From Mobula hypostoma (taxonomy: Eukaryota), in contig NC_086108.1 of assembly GCF_963921235.1 (NCBI RefSeq), forward strand, positions 43,650,001 through 43,714,000: a stretch of 64,000 nucleotides of DNA, read 5' to 3'. How positions within the stretch are numbered: position 1 is the first letter of the stretch; each line of letters begins with the position of its first letter. The position numbers were made by a program, and so were the translations under genes. The notes under the pieces were generated by a model. That model saw only the letters and a program-made list of their open reading frames with translations, did not search any database and was not told where the DNA came from. This document shows, one piece after another, positions 49,417 to 62,940 of this stretch.

Positions 49417-49518
49417 GTCCATTTTGTCGGATTCCACATCTCGAAACCTCTTCTTCTTCCTTATGCTCAACCTCTCCTTTGCCTTCGTAGAGCTGCTGTA
49501 TGGGATCTGGAGCAACAG
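49417..49518 (+). CDS. SLC30A7: Zinc transporter 7 (ZnT7), coding exon 2; further exons not found in the window
   Basis: Acceptor TTTTTTCTATTCTCAG; SILSDSTSRNLFFFLMLNLSFAFVELLYGIWSN; donor CAG|GTGAGT; 102 nt, phase 2-2. Confidence 0.95.
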
Positions 49519-51324
49519 GTGAGTGGAGGGAGAGCGGGAAGGACAACCTCCGCTGCAATGCCACGTTGCTGTCTCTAAGAGGAAGTAGGGGAAAGGCCAT
49601 GTACGTTACTCGCAGCCAGGAATTACAGGAACCCTGGACTGAGCCAGGTTCTTCGTATTTTCCTATCTCAGTTATTTTAATAAACGTACTGCCCTTCATA
49701 AATAAGTTTATAGGTGATACAGCTGGCGGTGTCGTTGATAATGAAGCAGAAGGTAGTTGATTTGGAATGTATTGATGGACTGGTCGGAGAATTGGGGGAA
49801 ACATTAAGGAGTGAGTGTATGTAAACAGTAGGATTCTAAGAGTGCAGAGGATGAGGGGTCCCTAGGGATACTGTGATCTGAGATCTGAAGGTAGTGTGGC
49901 GAGTAGATGTTAAGCAGACGTAATGTAGCATTCATTTTTGGCTGGGTTATAGAGGAAATGTGACAGCTGTGTAAAGCATTGGTTAGCCCACAGACAGAAT
50001 GCTGAGTAGTGCTGGTCACCACACCAAAGAGAGGATATGAGAGGATGCAGAAGTGATGAGAACAAAATGCGAGTACTGGAAATCAGTAAGGTTGTTGCCA
50101 TTTATGGAGAAGTTCGGTTATGAGGAAAGATTGGCCAGTCTTTGGAAGTGGAAGCTGTAGGAGAAATGTGTCAAATTTGTCAATGAAGTCCGAGTTCCCC
50201 TTATAGAGACGTTGTTAACTAGGAAACAGTTGATAACCTCTGTTGTTTTTAATTTTTCTCACTCAAAGTTAGTAGTTAAGAATTCGTTCCCTGAGTGATT
50301 GAGACAGAAATCCTTGTCAATGTTAAGTTAATAATTTGATTTTGACAGGGATGGGCATGATGGACCAAATAGCTGCAGATTTATATGAGACAGTCTGGTT
50401 ATTAGACTTAGCAAGCACCAAGACATTAAATATGTATTTCTTCTGTACATAATTCTACAGATGTTTAAATGAGGGTTTGATGTATACCTGAGAAAGAAAG
50501 TGATGGGTGAAGTCAGGGTATATTCTGGTCTCAAAGCTGTTCTCCTGAACCTTTTTTTCTGCATTGTACTCTATATCTAATGGAAAGTTTTCCCTGATGG
50601 TTCATGGTATGTGCACCTTAATGCCCAAATAATCTGTTGGCCTACTGTTAATTGGAAAATATAATAAAACTGGTATGTCAGTTTATTTGTGGTGTGATTA
50701 TTTTTATATAGTCTGTTTTTGTTGTGGATTTGCCAACTTGAAGTGGTCACCACCTATGTAATTATGGCAGCTAACCAGGAGAGGAAAGGATATGAGAACA
50801 AAAAATTAGATACATCTAATCTAAATTGTGTGTTGGTTAGTATGTCAAGATAAATCTAGACTCTTTAATGGGATCTGGTTTAAATCACAATCAATAAGAA
50901 TAACCAAAACAGCGGTTATACCACGTCCATTCATGGATGGCAATACAGGTGGACTGTTCAAGAACATCCAGTCCTCAGTAATGGTTGAGCCTAGTACAGT
51001 GGGTTATGGAGGACCTGATCTATGCAAATATAGTTTCATGTAAGCTTTCTCACAAGTTTTTAAGTAACTTTTCATAATAGTAATAAAATGTTTTTCTGTA
51101 TTCATTAAGAACTGAATATATATTCCATTAGTTTAATTATGAATAATGTTAGGATGAAGTCTCAATGGAAGAATTATATGACTGCACGGCAATATGATAT
51201 AGATGAGTAAAGAGACATTTCTGACTCTTAGAAAATTCAGATTATAGAGAGTTCTCAGGAACAGAACTATTGCATAACCTGCAAATCATCTATATATAAT
51301 AGTTTTTTTTTAATTTAGCGATAC

Positions 51325-51480
51325 AGTGTGGTAACAGGCCCTTCTGGTCCAACAAGCTCACGCCTCCAAATTATACCCATGTTATCAGTTAACCTGCTAA
51401 GCCTTTTGGATGTGGGAGGAGGTCAGATAACCCAGAGGAAATCCATGTGGCCACAGGTAGAAAGTACAAACTCCTTTTGT
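51325..51480 (-). mobile_element. V-domain / HE1-like SINE fragment
   Basis: Minus strand GGAGTTTGTACTTTCTACCTGTGGCCACATGGATTTCCTCTGGG..CCTCCCACATCCAAAAG. Confidence 0.55.
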
Positions 51481-51671
51481 ACTTTCTCCTGAATATTGGT
51501 GCTAAAATAAAGCTTAAACATTTTTTAATATCCTTAGCCATTGGATACAAGACAGGCTTTTGGGCCAGATAACATCTTACTGGAGTACTGGAGACACAAA
51601 AGCCAGCAGATGCTGGAGTCTGGAACAGTACATAAAATGCTGGAGAAATTTGGCTGGTTGGGTAGCATCTA

Positions 51672-53305
51672 CAGCTATAAGAAAAAGTTTGTGAACCCTT
51701 TGCAATTACCTGGTTTTCTGCATTAATTATAAAATGTGGTCTGATCTATATCACAATGATAGACAACACAACCTGCCTAAACTAATAACACACAAACAAT
51801 TGTACTTTTTCATGTCTTTATTGAACACATTGTTTAATCTTTCACAATCCAGGCTGGAAAAAGTATGTGAACCCTTGTACTTAATAACCTCCACCAAATG
51901 TCTCCTGTAGTTGCTGAGCAGACTTGCACAATGTTGAGGAGGAATTTTAGACCATTCCTCTATACAAAGCTATTTTAGTTCATCAATATTTCTGGGATAC
52001 CTTGTAGGAACAGTTCTCTTCAGGTCATGCCACTGCATCTCAAATAGGTTAAAGATCTGGACTCTTACTTGGCCATTCCAAAACACAAACTTACTTTTTA
52101 AACCATTCTGTTGTTGATTTGCTCTTGTGTTTCAGATCATTGCCTTGTTGCATCATCCAACTTCTATTAAGCTTCAGTTAACAGACAGCTGCCCTGACAT
52201 TCTCCTGTAAAATGTCTTGATACAATTTTGAATTCATTGTACAAAACAGCCCCAAACCATGATGCTCTTTCCAACTTGCTTGGCAGTTGGAATGAGGTTT
52301 TAGTGTTGCTGTGCAGTGCCCTTTTCCTCCAAACATAGCCGTGTGCACTTCGGTCAAAAAGTTCAACTTTTGTCTCAGCTGTCCATAGAACATTGTCCCA
52401 GAAGTGTTGTGGAACATCCAGATGGTCTTTTGCAGACTTTTTTTTCCTCCAGTCCTATGAAGGGACTTGGCCCAAAACGTCAGTTGTATTCTTTTCCATA
52501 GATGCTGCCTGGCCTGCTGACTTCCTCCAGCATTTTGTGTGTGTGACATGCAGCTGTGATTTTTTTTTTGGAGAGCAGTGGTTTCCTCTGTGGTGTCCTT
52601 CCACGAACACCATTCTTGTTCAGTTTCTTCGAGTGGACTCGTGAACAGAGACTTTAGCAAGTTCTAAAGATTTCTGCAGGTCTTTTGCTGTTACCATTGG
52701 GTTCTTTTTCACCTCCTTCAGCATTGCACGTTGTGCTGTTGATGTGATCTTTGCAGGGCAACCACTCCTAGGGAGAGTAGCAACAGTACTAAATTTCCTC
52801 CATTTGTAGACAATTTCTCTTACTGTGGACCGATGAACATTCAGGTTTTTAGAAATGCTTTTGTAGCCTTTGCCAGCTTCATGTATCTCTACAATTCTTC
52901 TAAGGACCACTGGAAGTTGTTTTGATCGAGGCATAGTGCACATAAGCAGATCTTTCTTGAAGAGCAGGCTCTGTCAGTAACCTTACTTTGTGTGTCTTTT
53001 TTATAGGGCAGGGCACCTCTACAACCCACATATCCAATCTCATCTCAATGATTGGAACACCTGACTCCAAATGGCTTTTGTAGAAGGCATTACCACAGAG
53101 GTTCACATTTTATTTGAACCTATCCTGTGATTGTTTAAATGGTGTACTCTATTGATGAGAAGAAGCACAACTGTTTTTGTGTTATTAGTTTAGGCAGATT
53201 TTGTTTGTCTATTATTGTGACTCAGCTGAAGATCAGACCACATTTTATGAGTAATTTAATGCAGAAAACCAGGTAATTGCAAAGGGTTCACAAATCTTGC
53301 AACTG
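51672..53305 (-). mobile_element. Tc1/mariner transposon with long (IR/DR-type) inverted repeats, defective
   Basis: TA|CAGCT..CAACTG|TA; long TIRs with internal repeat AAAAGTATGTGAACCCT; MPRSKQLP..RRIVEIHEAGKGYKSISK..EVKKNP; carries a hairpin-element fragment at ~52436-52545. Confidence 0.88.
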
Positions 53306-56300
53306 TATGGAGGGAGATAGACAATCAATGAGCCACTGAGTTCCTCCAGCATTTTATGTTAAATGTGGCACTAGCGTCTTTGTTCCAGAACTAACCATAT
53401 TTCCAGCCAAGCTGTTTCCATGTCATTGCCGTACCAATAAACCAATAAAAGATGCCTGCATTTGTTAGTCCACAAAAAGCAGGATAAATCCAAACTTTCT
53501 GATCACTGTTCAGCTGGTCTGTTCTCAGTCACAGGCAAATAGGAGTTGTCATCGATAGTGTTGTCAAGCAGAACTCATCAATACCTGCATAGCTGAAACA
53601 GTCTGTTGTCACTGACTAAGTGTTCTGGAACACCAGCCCTTGAGAAGAGGCTTCTCAACACATCCACAATGTGTGAGGCTGGCCACTTTGTAGTTGCATC
53701 CACTACTATCGAGAAATTTATGTTCATGGCAATATCCACATGACTCCTCTGCTAGGACAATGCAGGACTGCTCTTGGCATCTTTATGACATGTTGTCAAT
53801 CCAAATGGTGCATGGCAAGCTGCTCGATCTGCTGATCTACCTTGGGCCACCAGACAGCTTCGAGCCAACACTTTCATTTTGGCCACGCCTAGATGTAACT
53901 CCTCCAACATTTTAGCTCTCAGCTTGGATGGTACAACAACTCTCAATCCCCCAATAAGGCAACCCCTGTCAAGGACAAGTTCATCCTGGCACTGGTATAA
54001 GTGGTGGAAATGGATGTTATGCTACACATTCCAGCCATTTTGGGTGGCCATATAGACCTCAGACAGTGTGGGGTCTTTTCTGGTTTCCCTCTGGATCATC
54101 TCAGCCATAATAAGGAGAATTTTGAATTCCATCAGGGAGTATATGTTGAGGAGTGTTGTAAAATTTTCAGGTATTTTTTTTCCCATGGGTAAATAGGACA
54201 ATCCATCAGCATTTCCATGAATAGCCATCCTCTTGAATTCGATCTTGTAATTGTCCTCCAAGAAACAGAGCCCATCTCTGCATTTGTGCTGCTGCTGTTC
54301 ATGGGGAGCATCCTTCTGAGGATTGAAAATGGACACTAGTGGTTGATGATTATTAATGAGTGTAAACTCTCCCATACAAGTTCTGGTTGAATCATTTTAC
54401 ACCCCAAACTAGACTCAAGGGCTCTCGGTCAATCTGTGTGTAATTTTTCTCTGCTGCAGTAAGGGAACGTGATGTAAAGGCTATGGTGCATTCACTTCCG
54501 TCACTCTTAACGTGACATGACTGTACATGCAATATACCATAAGAAAGGCATTTCAGGCCAGCTTTGCTGGCTGATGTGGATCATAATGTGTGAGTTCAGT
54601 GTCTGACTTCACCATTTCTTTACATTTTTGAAAGCCATCTCACACTGCTTTATCCATTGCCATTTCTTCCCGATATTCAGTAATGAGTTCAGTGGTGGAG
54701 AACAGTAGCCAGGTTTGGCAGGAACCTGTTATAGTAATTGACAAATCCTAAAAAGGACAGTAACTGTGACACATCCTTTGGCCTTGGGGCATCCACCACT
54801 GCTTGAATTTTCTCAGCACACTCGTGTAATCCTTTTGTGCCAGTGATATGATGTATAGTTTAAAGAAGTCACACTTGTTGTGTTGTGCTCCGAGCCCATA
54901 ATCTTCTAATCTTTTAAACACTGTCTGAGATTTCAGAGCGGTTCCTTGTTGCCCTCACTGGTAACATCCAATAACGAATACCTGGACAGCTTTACAGCAC
55001 CTTGTCTGTAGCTTTCTGCCAGAGTGTAGGTGCAAATGCTACTCCAAAAATTAGTCTACTATAGTGATAAAACCCTTTGAGAAACACTTAGGGCTCTTGT
55101 TCCATCTCCACCTGTGGGTAGGCCACTTTGCTGAGGTGTTTCCCTCCGGAAATGTTTGTGAAGATGTCCTCAATCCTGGCAGAAGGTATTGATCTACTTT
55201 CAGTACTGGGTTGATGGTGATCTTAAAATCACCACAGGTCCTAACAGATCCATTCTTCTTGGCTGCTGGGACCATTGGCATTGTCTATGGGCCTTCACTC
55301 AGCCTCCATGCAATCTAGATCAATGGCCAATCCCATCCTTGGCTGTTGCATCATTCAGGACCTTTATTAATTCACTTCCAGTTGACTATATTGCAGGGGT
55401 TGTGGCATGCAAATAGTGGATGGATCTCCAATCAAGTTGTAGTTGTCTCAACCAATCACAGCTCCACAATGCTGGCCCTCCTGTTTTTACCACATACTAG
55501 CCCAATGTGGCTTGTTATGAATGCCATTCCCACAGGAATGATCTTTTCTCCAGTATAAGTCCTTAGATATCCACAGGCTTCAGATGAGAAACTTTGAAAT
55601 GCAGATCAAACTCATTTTGTGGAATGACTGAAACAGCCAAACCTGTGTCCAATTCCATTTTAATTTATTTGCTGTTCACTTCTGGTGTAAACCAATTTGC
55701 TTGTCTTGATAGTTTTCACATTGCAAATCTCAGGTGCACAGTCCCATCACTCATCATTATCAGGTTTTTTGATCAGCAGCATGCAGATTTATGCTCTCTT
55801 TGAAAGTGCATTTTGACTTTTTATCTTTTCTGTTCACTGCGCAGTGCAGTTATTTCTGTCTGCCCTACATGCTGTTTGTATGTGTCCTGCATTGTTGCAT
55901 TTCATCTTTAAATCTGCATTGGTTGGTCTGGTATATGTGATCCCGTGCCTCAACAGTAACAGAATTTGTTCGGTCAGGCAGGTTTTTGTTCAGACAATTT
56001 TGTTCACACTCACTTTCATTCCTGATTGCAACTGTATTGCATTTCTGGCTGCTTTACCATTGATATAGCTATTTCAACTGCTCTTTTAAATGTGGGCTGT
56101 ACTTTCGTTTAGAGCTATTTCTGAATTTTTTTTATATAAGATTCCACAAACTGAACGATTTCTTAGTGCATCATTAATCCCATCACTGAATGTTCAGACA
56201 GCTTCTTCAATTCAGCCACATAAGCTGTAATGGACTCCCTTCTGATTCTGCTTAAGAAATCTGAAGTGTTCTACAATCAACAATAGTTACAGTTCTAAGT

Positions 56301-56433
56301 ATTCCTGCATTACTTGCACAATACCAGCAAAGCTCGTTTTGGTTGAAGCAGTTAAACTTCTAAGCAAACTGTATGCATTCCCACCAACTGCACTCAGTAA
56401 CACTGGCACTCGCTTTTCATTGGCTATTTCATT

Positions 56434-59400
56434 TATGAGACCATAAGACATAGCAGAATTAGGCCATTTGGCCCATCAGGTCTGCTCTGGCATTCAATCA
56501 TGGCTGTTCCCTTTTTTTTTCCTCCTCAGCCCCACTCCCTGGCCTCCTCCCCGTTACCTTTGATGCGGCCTCCACTGCTGCCTTTGGTAACAAATTCCAT
56601 AAATTTACCACACTCTGGCTAAAGAAATTTCTCCGCATTTCTGTTTTAAATGGACGCCCCTCTATCCTGAGGCTGTGCCCCCTTGTCCTAGACTCCCGTA
56701 CTATGGGAAACATCCTTTCTGTGTCTACTCTGTCTAGGCCTTTCAACATTCAAAGGTTTCAATGAGATCCCACTTCATCCTAAATTCTAGCAAGTATAGG
56801 CCCAGAGTCATCAAATGTTCCTCATATGATAGCCCTTTCATTCCCAGAATCATCCTTCTGAACCTCCTCTGAACTGTCTCCAATGCCAGCACATCTTTTA
56901 TAGACAATAGACAACAGGTGCAGGAGTAGGCCATTCGGCCCTTCGAGCCAGCACCGCCATTCACTGTGATCATGGCTGATCATCCACAATCAGTACCCAG
57001 TTCCTGCCTTATCCCCATAACCTTTGATTCTGTTATCTTTAAGAGCTCTATTCACCTCTTTCTTGAAAGAGATAAGGAGCCTAAAACTGTTCACATTATT
57101 CAAGGTGAGCTTCACCGGTGCCTTATAAAGCCTTAGCATCAAATCCCTGCTCTTATATTCTGGACCTCTTGAAATAAATGCTAACATTGCATTTGCTTTC
57201 CTCACCACTGACCCTTCCTGCAAGTTAACCTTTAGTATGTTCTGCACAAGGAGTCCCTTTTCATCTCAAATTTTTGGATTTTCTCCCCATTTAGAAAATA
57301 GTCTGTACATTTATTTCTACTAGTAAAGTGCATGACCATGCATTTTCCAACATTGTATTTTATTTGCCACTTTCTTGCGTATTCTCCTAATCTAAGCCCT
57401 TCTGCAGCCTTCCTTTTCACTCAACACTACCTGGCCCTCCACCAATCTTCATATCATCTGCAAACTTGGCAACAAAGCCATCTATCCATCATCTAAATCG
57501 TTGTACAGATTTCCTCGGCTATCCGAAGGTAGAGCATTCCTGTGAAACGGTTCGTAAGCTGGAATGTCGTAAAGTGAATAAGGAATTGCCATTTATTAAT
57601 ATGGGAAAAATTTTTGAGCGTTCCCAGACGCAAAAAATACCTTACAAAATCATGCCAAATAACACATAAAACCTAAAATAACAGTAACATATAGTAAAAG
57701 CAGGAATGATATGATAAGTACATGGCCTGTATAAAGTAGTGCAGCGCAGCGAAAATCTCACAGCAGCACTCTCGGTGGAAGTGCTCTCGGCAGAAACACT
57801 CTCCAGTAACCTTCAAGCTCTGAAGCTGCCAAATCATACCAAATAATGCATAAAATACACAGCCTATATAAAGTAGAAATAATGTATGTACAGTAGCCAA
57901 ACTCACTATTGCCGTATTTATTGTTGATGGTTCGAAGCCTTTAAAATCGTTCACTGCTTTGGGACACAGTTTCCTCCAAATACCATTTCTCATCGAGACT
58001 GTTAGCCTATTGAGAACATCTCCAATGTTGGTGATTGCCAATTTTATATTGTATCCTTTCCAGATCTCTCGCAAAGCTGCTTTGGAATTGCCCTCTCTGT
58101 CAATGGTATTTACAATAAAACGCATCATATTTTGCATATAGTAAGCTTTAATTGTGGCTATTAGGCCTTGGTCGCACGGCTGCAGCAATGATGTCGTATT
58201 TGGCGGTAAGAGCGCAACACAAATGTTACAGCCATACTCGGTAATGTCAGGCAGATGAGCAGCACAATTATCGGCAATCACAAGACACCTATTATCGAGG
58301 TTATTTTCTCTACAGTATTTTTCAACGAAAAGCCTAATGTATCCACTCGTGTACTCTGAAAAAAGCACTTGGGTATTCCAACCGCTTGGATGTGAATGGA
58401 ACACAACAGGAAGTGTTTTCTTATCAATGCCTTTAAGTGCCCTGGGATTTTCTAAATGGTACACTAGTAGAGGCTTAAGGACAACATCACCAGTGGCGTT
58501 AATAATAGGCATTAGGGTAAACCTGTCCTTCGATGCTTTGTGTCCCTTAGCTTGCTTTTCTTCTATCGAAATAAATGTCTCGCTCGGCAAGTTTTTCCAA
58601 TAAATTGCAGTTTCATCACAGTTAAACACTTATACAAATAACCAAACGCCATTTCTCTCTGTGTATAAATAGTACGAATGGTGGACGCAGGCAAGTTCAA
58701 CGCGTGGACAATGTCCTTACTTCGTTCACCATGATCGAAACGCTTAATTATGTCTAGTTTTACGCTAAGTGTGCACCCTTACGAGCTGTTTTAGACTTTT
58801 CTGATACCTTAGAACTCATCTTGCTAATGGATGCACAAAATAAATCGACATAAAGCACGTGTTTAAGCAATGCCGGCTAGAATGCAGTTCCGGGGGAGGA
58901 GCTTGGCTGTTTGGGCGTGTGCTGCCTTTTTTCGTAACAGTGAAAACACCTGTTAGCGAAAACAGGTAACTAATGTAGTTCTTTCATAACAGCGAGGTGT
59001 CGTAAAGCGAACGTTCGGAAAACAGGGGCCACCTGTACTGCATAAAAAGCAGTCCCAACACTGACCTCTGCGGAACACCACTAGTCAGTGGTAGTCAACA
59101 TGAGAAAGATCCTTCTATTCCTATTCACTGCCTCCTACCAATCAGCTGATGCTCTAACCATGCTAGTAACTTTTTTGTAATACCATGGACTCTTAACTTG
59201 GAAGCAGCCACTGGTGTGGCACCCTGTCAAAGGCCTTCTGAAAGTCCAAATTTATAACACCCAGTATCTATCGTACTTGTAATCTCCTCAAAGAATTCCA
59301 ACATGTTCGTCATGCATGTTTTTCCCTTAAGGAAGCCATGCTGACTTTGTCCTATCTTGACCTGTATCACCAAGTTCTCCATCATCCTTAACAATTGACT

Positions 59401-60517
59401 CTTAACATTTTCCCAACCACTGAAGTCAGGCTAACTGGTCTATAAATTCCTTTCTGCTGCCTTCCTCCTTTCTTAAAGAGTGGAGTGACATTTACAATTT
59501 TCCAGTCCTCTGGAGCCACACCAGAGTCCAAAGATCATTACTAATGCCTCCACAAAATCTACTGCTGCCTCTTTCAGAACCCTATGGTGCTGTTCATCTG
59601 CTCTGGGTGATTTGTGTGCCTTTTAGGTCTTCCAGCTTTTTGAGCACCTTAACCCTTATAATAGTAACTGCACTCACTTCTCTTCCCTTACACCTTTCAA
59701 CGCCTGGCACATTGCTTGTGTCTTCCACAGTGAGGCTGTTGCAAAATACTCATTTAGTTCATCTCCCATCTTCTTGACCCCTGTTATTATTTCTCTGGCC
59801 TCCTTTTTCAGAGTTCCTATATCCACTTTAATCTCTTTTAATTTTTTTTATATATACTTGAAAAAGCTTTTCCTGTTGACTTTGATATTGTTTGTTAGCT
59901 TGTTTTCATATTTCATATTTTCCCTCCTAATGATTCTTTTATTTGTTCCCTATAGGTTTTTAAAAGTTTCCCAATCCCCTCTTCCTGCTGATTTTGGCTT
60001 TGTTGTATACCCTCCCCTTTGCTTTACTTATTAGCTTTACTTCCCTTGTCAACCACAGTTGTACTGTTTTGCCATTTGAGTATTTCTTCGTTTTTGTAAT
60101 GCATCTATCCTGGACCTTCCCCATTTTTCCCAGAAACTCATGCCATTCCTGCTGTGCTGTCGTCCCTGCCAGCATCTCCTTCCAATTTACTGTGGCCAAC
60201 TCCTCTCTCATACCTCTGTAATTTCCCTTATTCCACTGGAATACTGCTACTTCAGATGTTACTTTCTCCCTATCAAATTTCAAGTTGAACTCAAATCATG
60301 TTGTGATCATTGTCTCCTAAGAGTTTCTTTACCTCAAGCTCCCTAATTGCCTCTGGTTCATTACATAATACCCAATCCAGTATAGCTGATCCCCTGGTAG
60401 ACTTAATGACAAACCTCTCTTAAAAAGCCATCTTGGAGGCATTTAACAAATTCACTCTCTTGGGATTCATTACCTACTTGATTTTCCCAATCTACCTGCA
60501 TGTCAAAATCTCCATGA
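56434..60517 (-). mobile_element. CR1/HER1-like LINE, with a second CR1 3' end (~56900-57070) and a Tigger inserted
   Basis: SRTRGHSLRIEGRPFKTEMRRNFFSQSVVNLWN; KGNYRGMREELATVNW; 3' tail CTATGTCTTATGGTCT. Confidence 0.82.
57506..59035 (-). mobile_element. Tigger/pogo DNA transposon, internally deleted
   Basis: TA flanks (57504-5, 59036-7), imperfect TIRs CAG..TCCGAA; ORF 57673-58629 FNCDETAIYWK..KDRFTL..ADNCAAH..LPPNTTSLLQPCDQG (DDE_1 domain). Confidence 0.85.
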
Positions 60518-61058
60518 CTTCAAAATACTGCTCAATTCATTAATATATCACCCAGTTATCTTTTGTACAATTGAATGTGTCTATCCTTCCAATGCAGCCA
60601 GCCATTTCTGCTTCTTTAATATATGATTATTATTACTTGGTACTCACTGTTTATGAACCATGAATTTCATCCATTTTCTGCTATTTTTTTAAACTGGATT
60701 TTCTTTCTGTTCTCCCTTCTGAAGGACAAAAACATGCTGTGCTTTTTAAAAAATTTGTATATTTTGCTGCGCTTCAACAGGTAGGTAGTCATCTTGGGTT
60801 CCTTTTAAAACTTGCTTGTCGCCACTGTGATGTTTTGTAACTTCAGAAATTAATCGAAAGAAAAACATGGGAAACTGGGATAAGTTCATTTTCTCTTCAG
60901 TGAGGCATTAAGTATGACCTGGTGTAGTGACTTATGCCATTCACATACTTTTACATAATTCCTTACATGTTATATGTAAACAACAAAGAATGTTTAATCA
61001 AACAATGTATTTGCTATATTACTGAAATATTTATTACTGAAGTGTTAAATATACAACA

Positions 61059-61812
61059 ACTCTTACGTCAGAATGCTGTTCATTGACTTTAGTTCAGCAT
61101 TCAATACTGTGATCCCTTCCAAGCTGATCGCCAAACTTCGCCAGCTTGGTATCAGCTCATCCCTCCGCAATTGGACCTTGGGCTTTCTGACTAACAGACC
61201 CCAATCTGTTAAGTTAGACAACCTCTTCTCCTCCATTCTCACCCTGAACACCGGCGTGCCTCAAGGCTGTGTGCTGAGCCCTCTGCTGTACTCCCTTTTC
61301 ACCTATGACTGCGTTCCTGTACACAGTTCTAACTCCATAATCAAGTTTGCAGACGACACCACGGTGGTTGGCCTGATCAGAGGAGATGACAAGACGCCCT
61401 AAAGGGACGAGGTTCAGCACCTGGCCACGTGGTGTGCCGATAACAACCTGACCCTTAACACCCAGAAGACCAAGGAAATTATTGTGGACTTCAGGTACGC
61501 TAGGAGCCACATTCATGTCCCCATCTACATCAACGAAGCTGTAGTGGAGCATGTATCAAGCTTCAAATTCCTTGGTGTCCACATTTCCGAGGATCTCTCT
61601 TGGTCCCTTCTGCTGAACCTCACATCACAGCGTTAAGCAGTATTGCACCCATATTGGACTGTCTCAGTACTTTTATATTTGTATTCTGTAGTACTTTTTA
61701 TTCGCAGTTATTTTGTAAATAATACTATTCTTTTGCACTTCTGGTCAGATGCTAATTGCATTTCATTGGCTTTGTATCTGTACTCGGCACAATGACAGTA
61801 AAGTTGAATCAA
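61059..61812 (+). mobile_element. Rex1/Babar-like LINE RT fragment and 3' UTR
   Basis: [50 protein letters not shown]. Confidence 0.85.
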
Positions 61813-61814
61813 AA

Positions 61815-62940
61815 TTAAATCAGGTCAAAATTAAGGCACGTTATCGTGTTTTTCCTGGATCCTGGGATGATAGTGGTCTTCTTAAAGCAAAATAGAACCA
61901 CAGCCTGGAGCAGGGATATGTCGGCAAATACCCATGTCTGCTGATCAGCACAGGATGTAAAGATACAGCCAGGGGCGCCATCTAGGCTCAGTGTTTTCCG
62001 CATGTTCACTCTGTGAAAGACTGATCTTGTGTCTGTGATGGTGACTGTCGATTCAGGTACGCTGAAGACTGTCAGGGTGGGTGGTGACATACTCATTCAG
62101 TTCTGTTCAAATCATGCATAGCATGTGGTAAGCTTATCAGAAAGGGATGAGTGATTCTGTCTGACTTTGCTTTGTAACCTTGTTATAGTTTGTAATGGTA
62201 TGGTTAGACTGAGACTTGATTTTGCATTGGTATTGTCTCTTGGCATCTTTGCTAGCTTTATGGGGGTCAGACCTTGATTTCTTATGAAGGTTAGAGTCAC
62301 CTGATTTGAATACTGTGGACCTAGACTTCAGAAGTCAAGTCTTGATCTACAGGTTCATCCATGGTTTCCAGTTTGGAAGCACCCAGATTGTCCAAATTGG
62401 TACACAGTTGTCAAAATACTTGTCGATGATAGTAGTGACATGCTCATTTAGGCTGGTAGCTGAGTCTTTGAACACGGGCCAGTTTATTGGCACAAAGTAT
62501 TCATTTAGAATCTGATCTGTTTCCTCAGGCTAGCACTGTGTGACTTTATATTCTGAATTCTCCCATTTCAGCAGAGTGTAGGAACACAGTCTGGTGGTCT
62601 GCTTCACTAATGTGGGGATGAGGGATGGTTCAGTAAGCATCTTTCATGGTTGTATATGATTGGTTCAGGGTATTTGGGCCCTTGAATATTCCAAGTTGGG
62701 TGAGCAAGAGCTTGCCAGAACCTTCATGTCTGTGTATCATGAGGAGTTGATTAAGAAGTCCTCTCCACCTCCTTTTTTGCCCAAGGATACAGTCTATCTG
62801 GGGAATTGAGAAGCCCTCGGGTTGAATGATAGTATCAAATGAAGTGTGTGTAAGGCACATCTCAGTGAGTCAGCACACAACAGATCCTCGTTTAATTATT
62901 GAATGGCAGCAAATATAAATCTTGACACCCATGCCTAGTT
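61815..62940 (-). mobile_element. Degenerate Rex1/Babar-like LINE EN-RT fragments
   Basis: RSVFHRVNMRK..DGAPG..SCADQ..CFKKTTIIP; CLTHTSF..IQPEGFSI. Confidence 0.6.

Larger units (their letters stand above)
53505..61058 (-). mobile_element. Degenerate K02A2.6-like Gypsy element, gag interrupted by a CR1 LINE
   Basis: Probable 5' LTR 60826-61058, PBS TGGCGACAAG (60815-60824), gag start MAGCIGRID..EQYF (~60605-60518) resuming at 56433 (NEIANEKRVPVLLSAVG); [20 protein letters not shown]; RNase H HGNADGLSYLP; integrase RVVVPSKLRAKMLEELH. Confidence 0.78.

Noticed and set aside
49181..49804. Several overlapping ORFs (113, 190 and 100 aa) at the SLC30A7 5' end
   Set aside because: By-products of GC-rich sequence spanning exons and introns; the real frame is the spliced 49156-49235 + 49417-49518
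57673..58629. Domesticated TIGD-like host gene
   Set aside because: Still bounded by TIRs and TA duplication inside a CR1; DNA-binding region deleted and C-terminus runs into non-coding sequence
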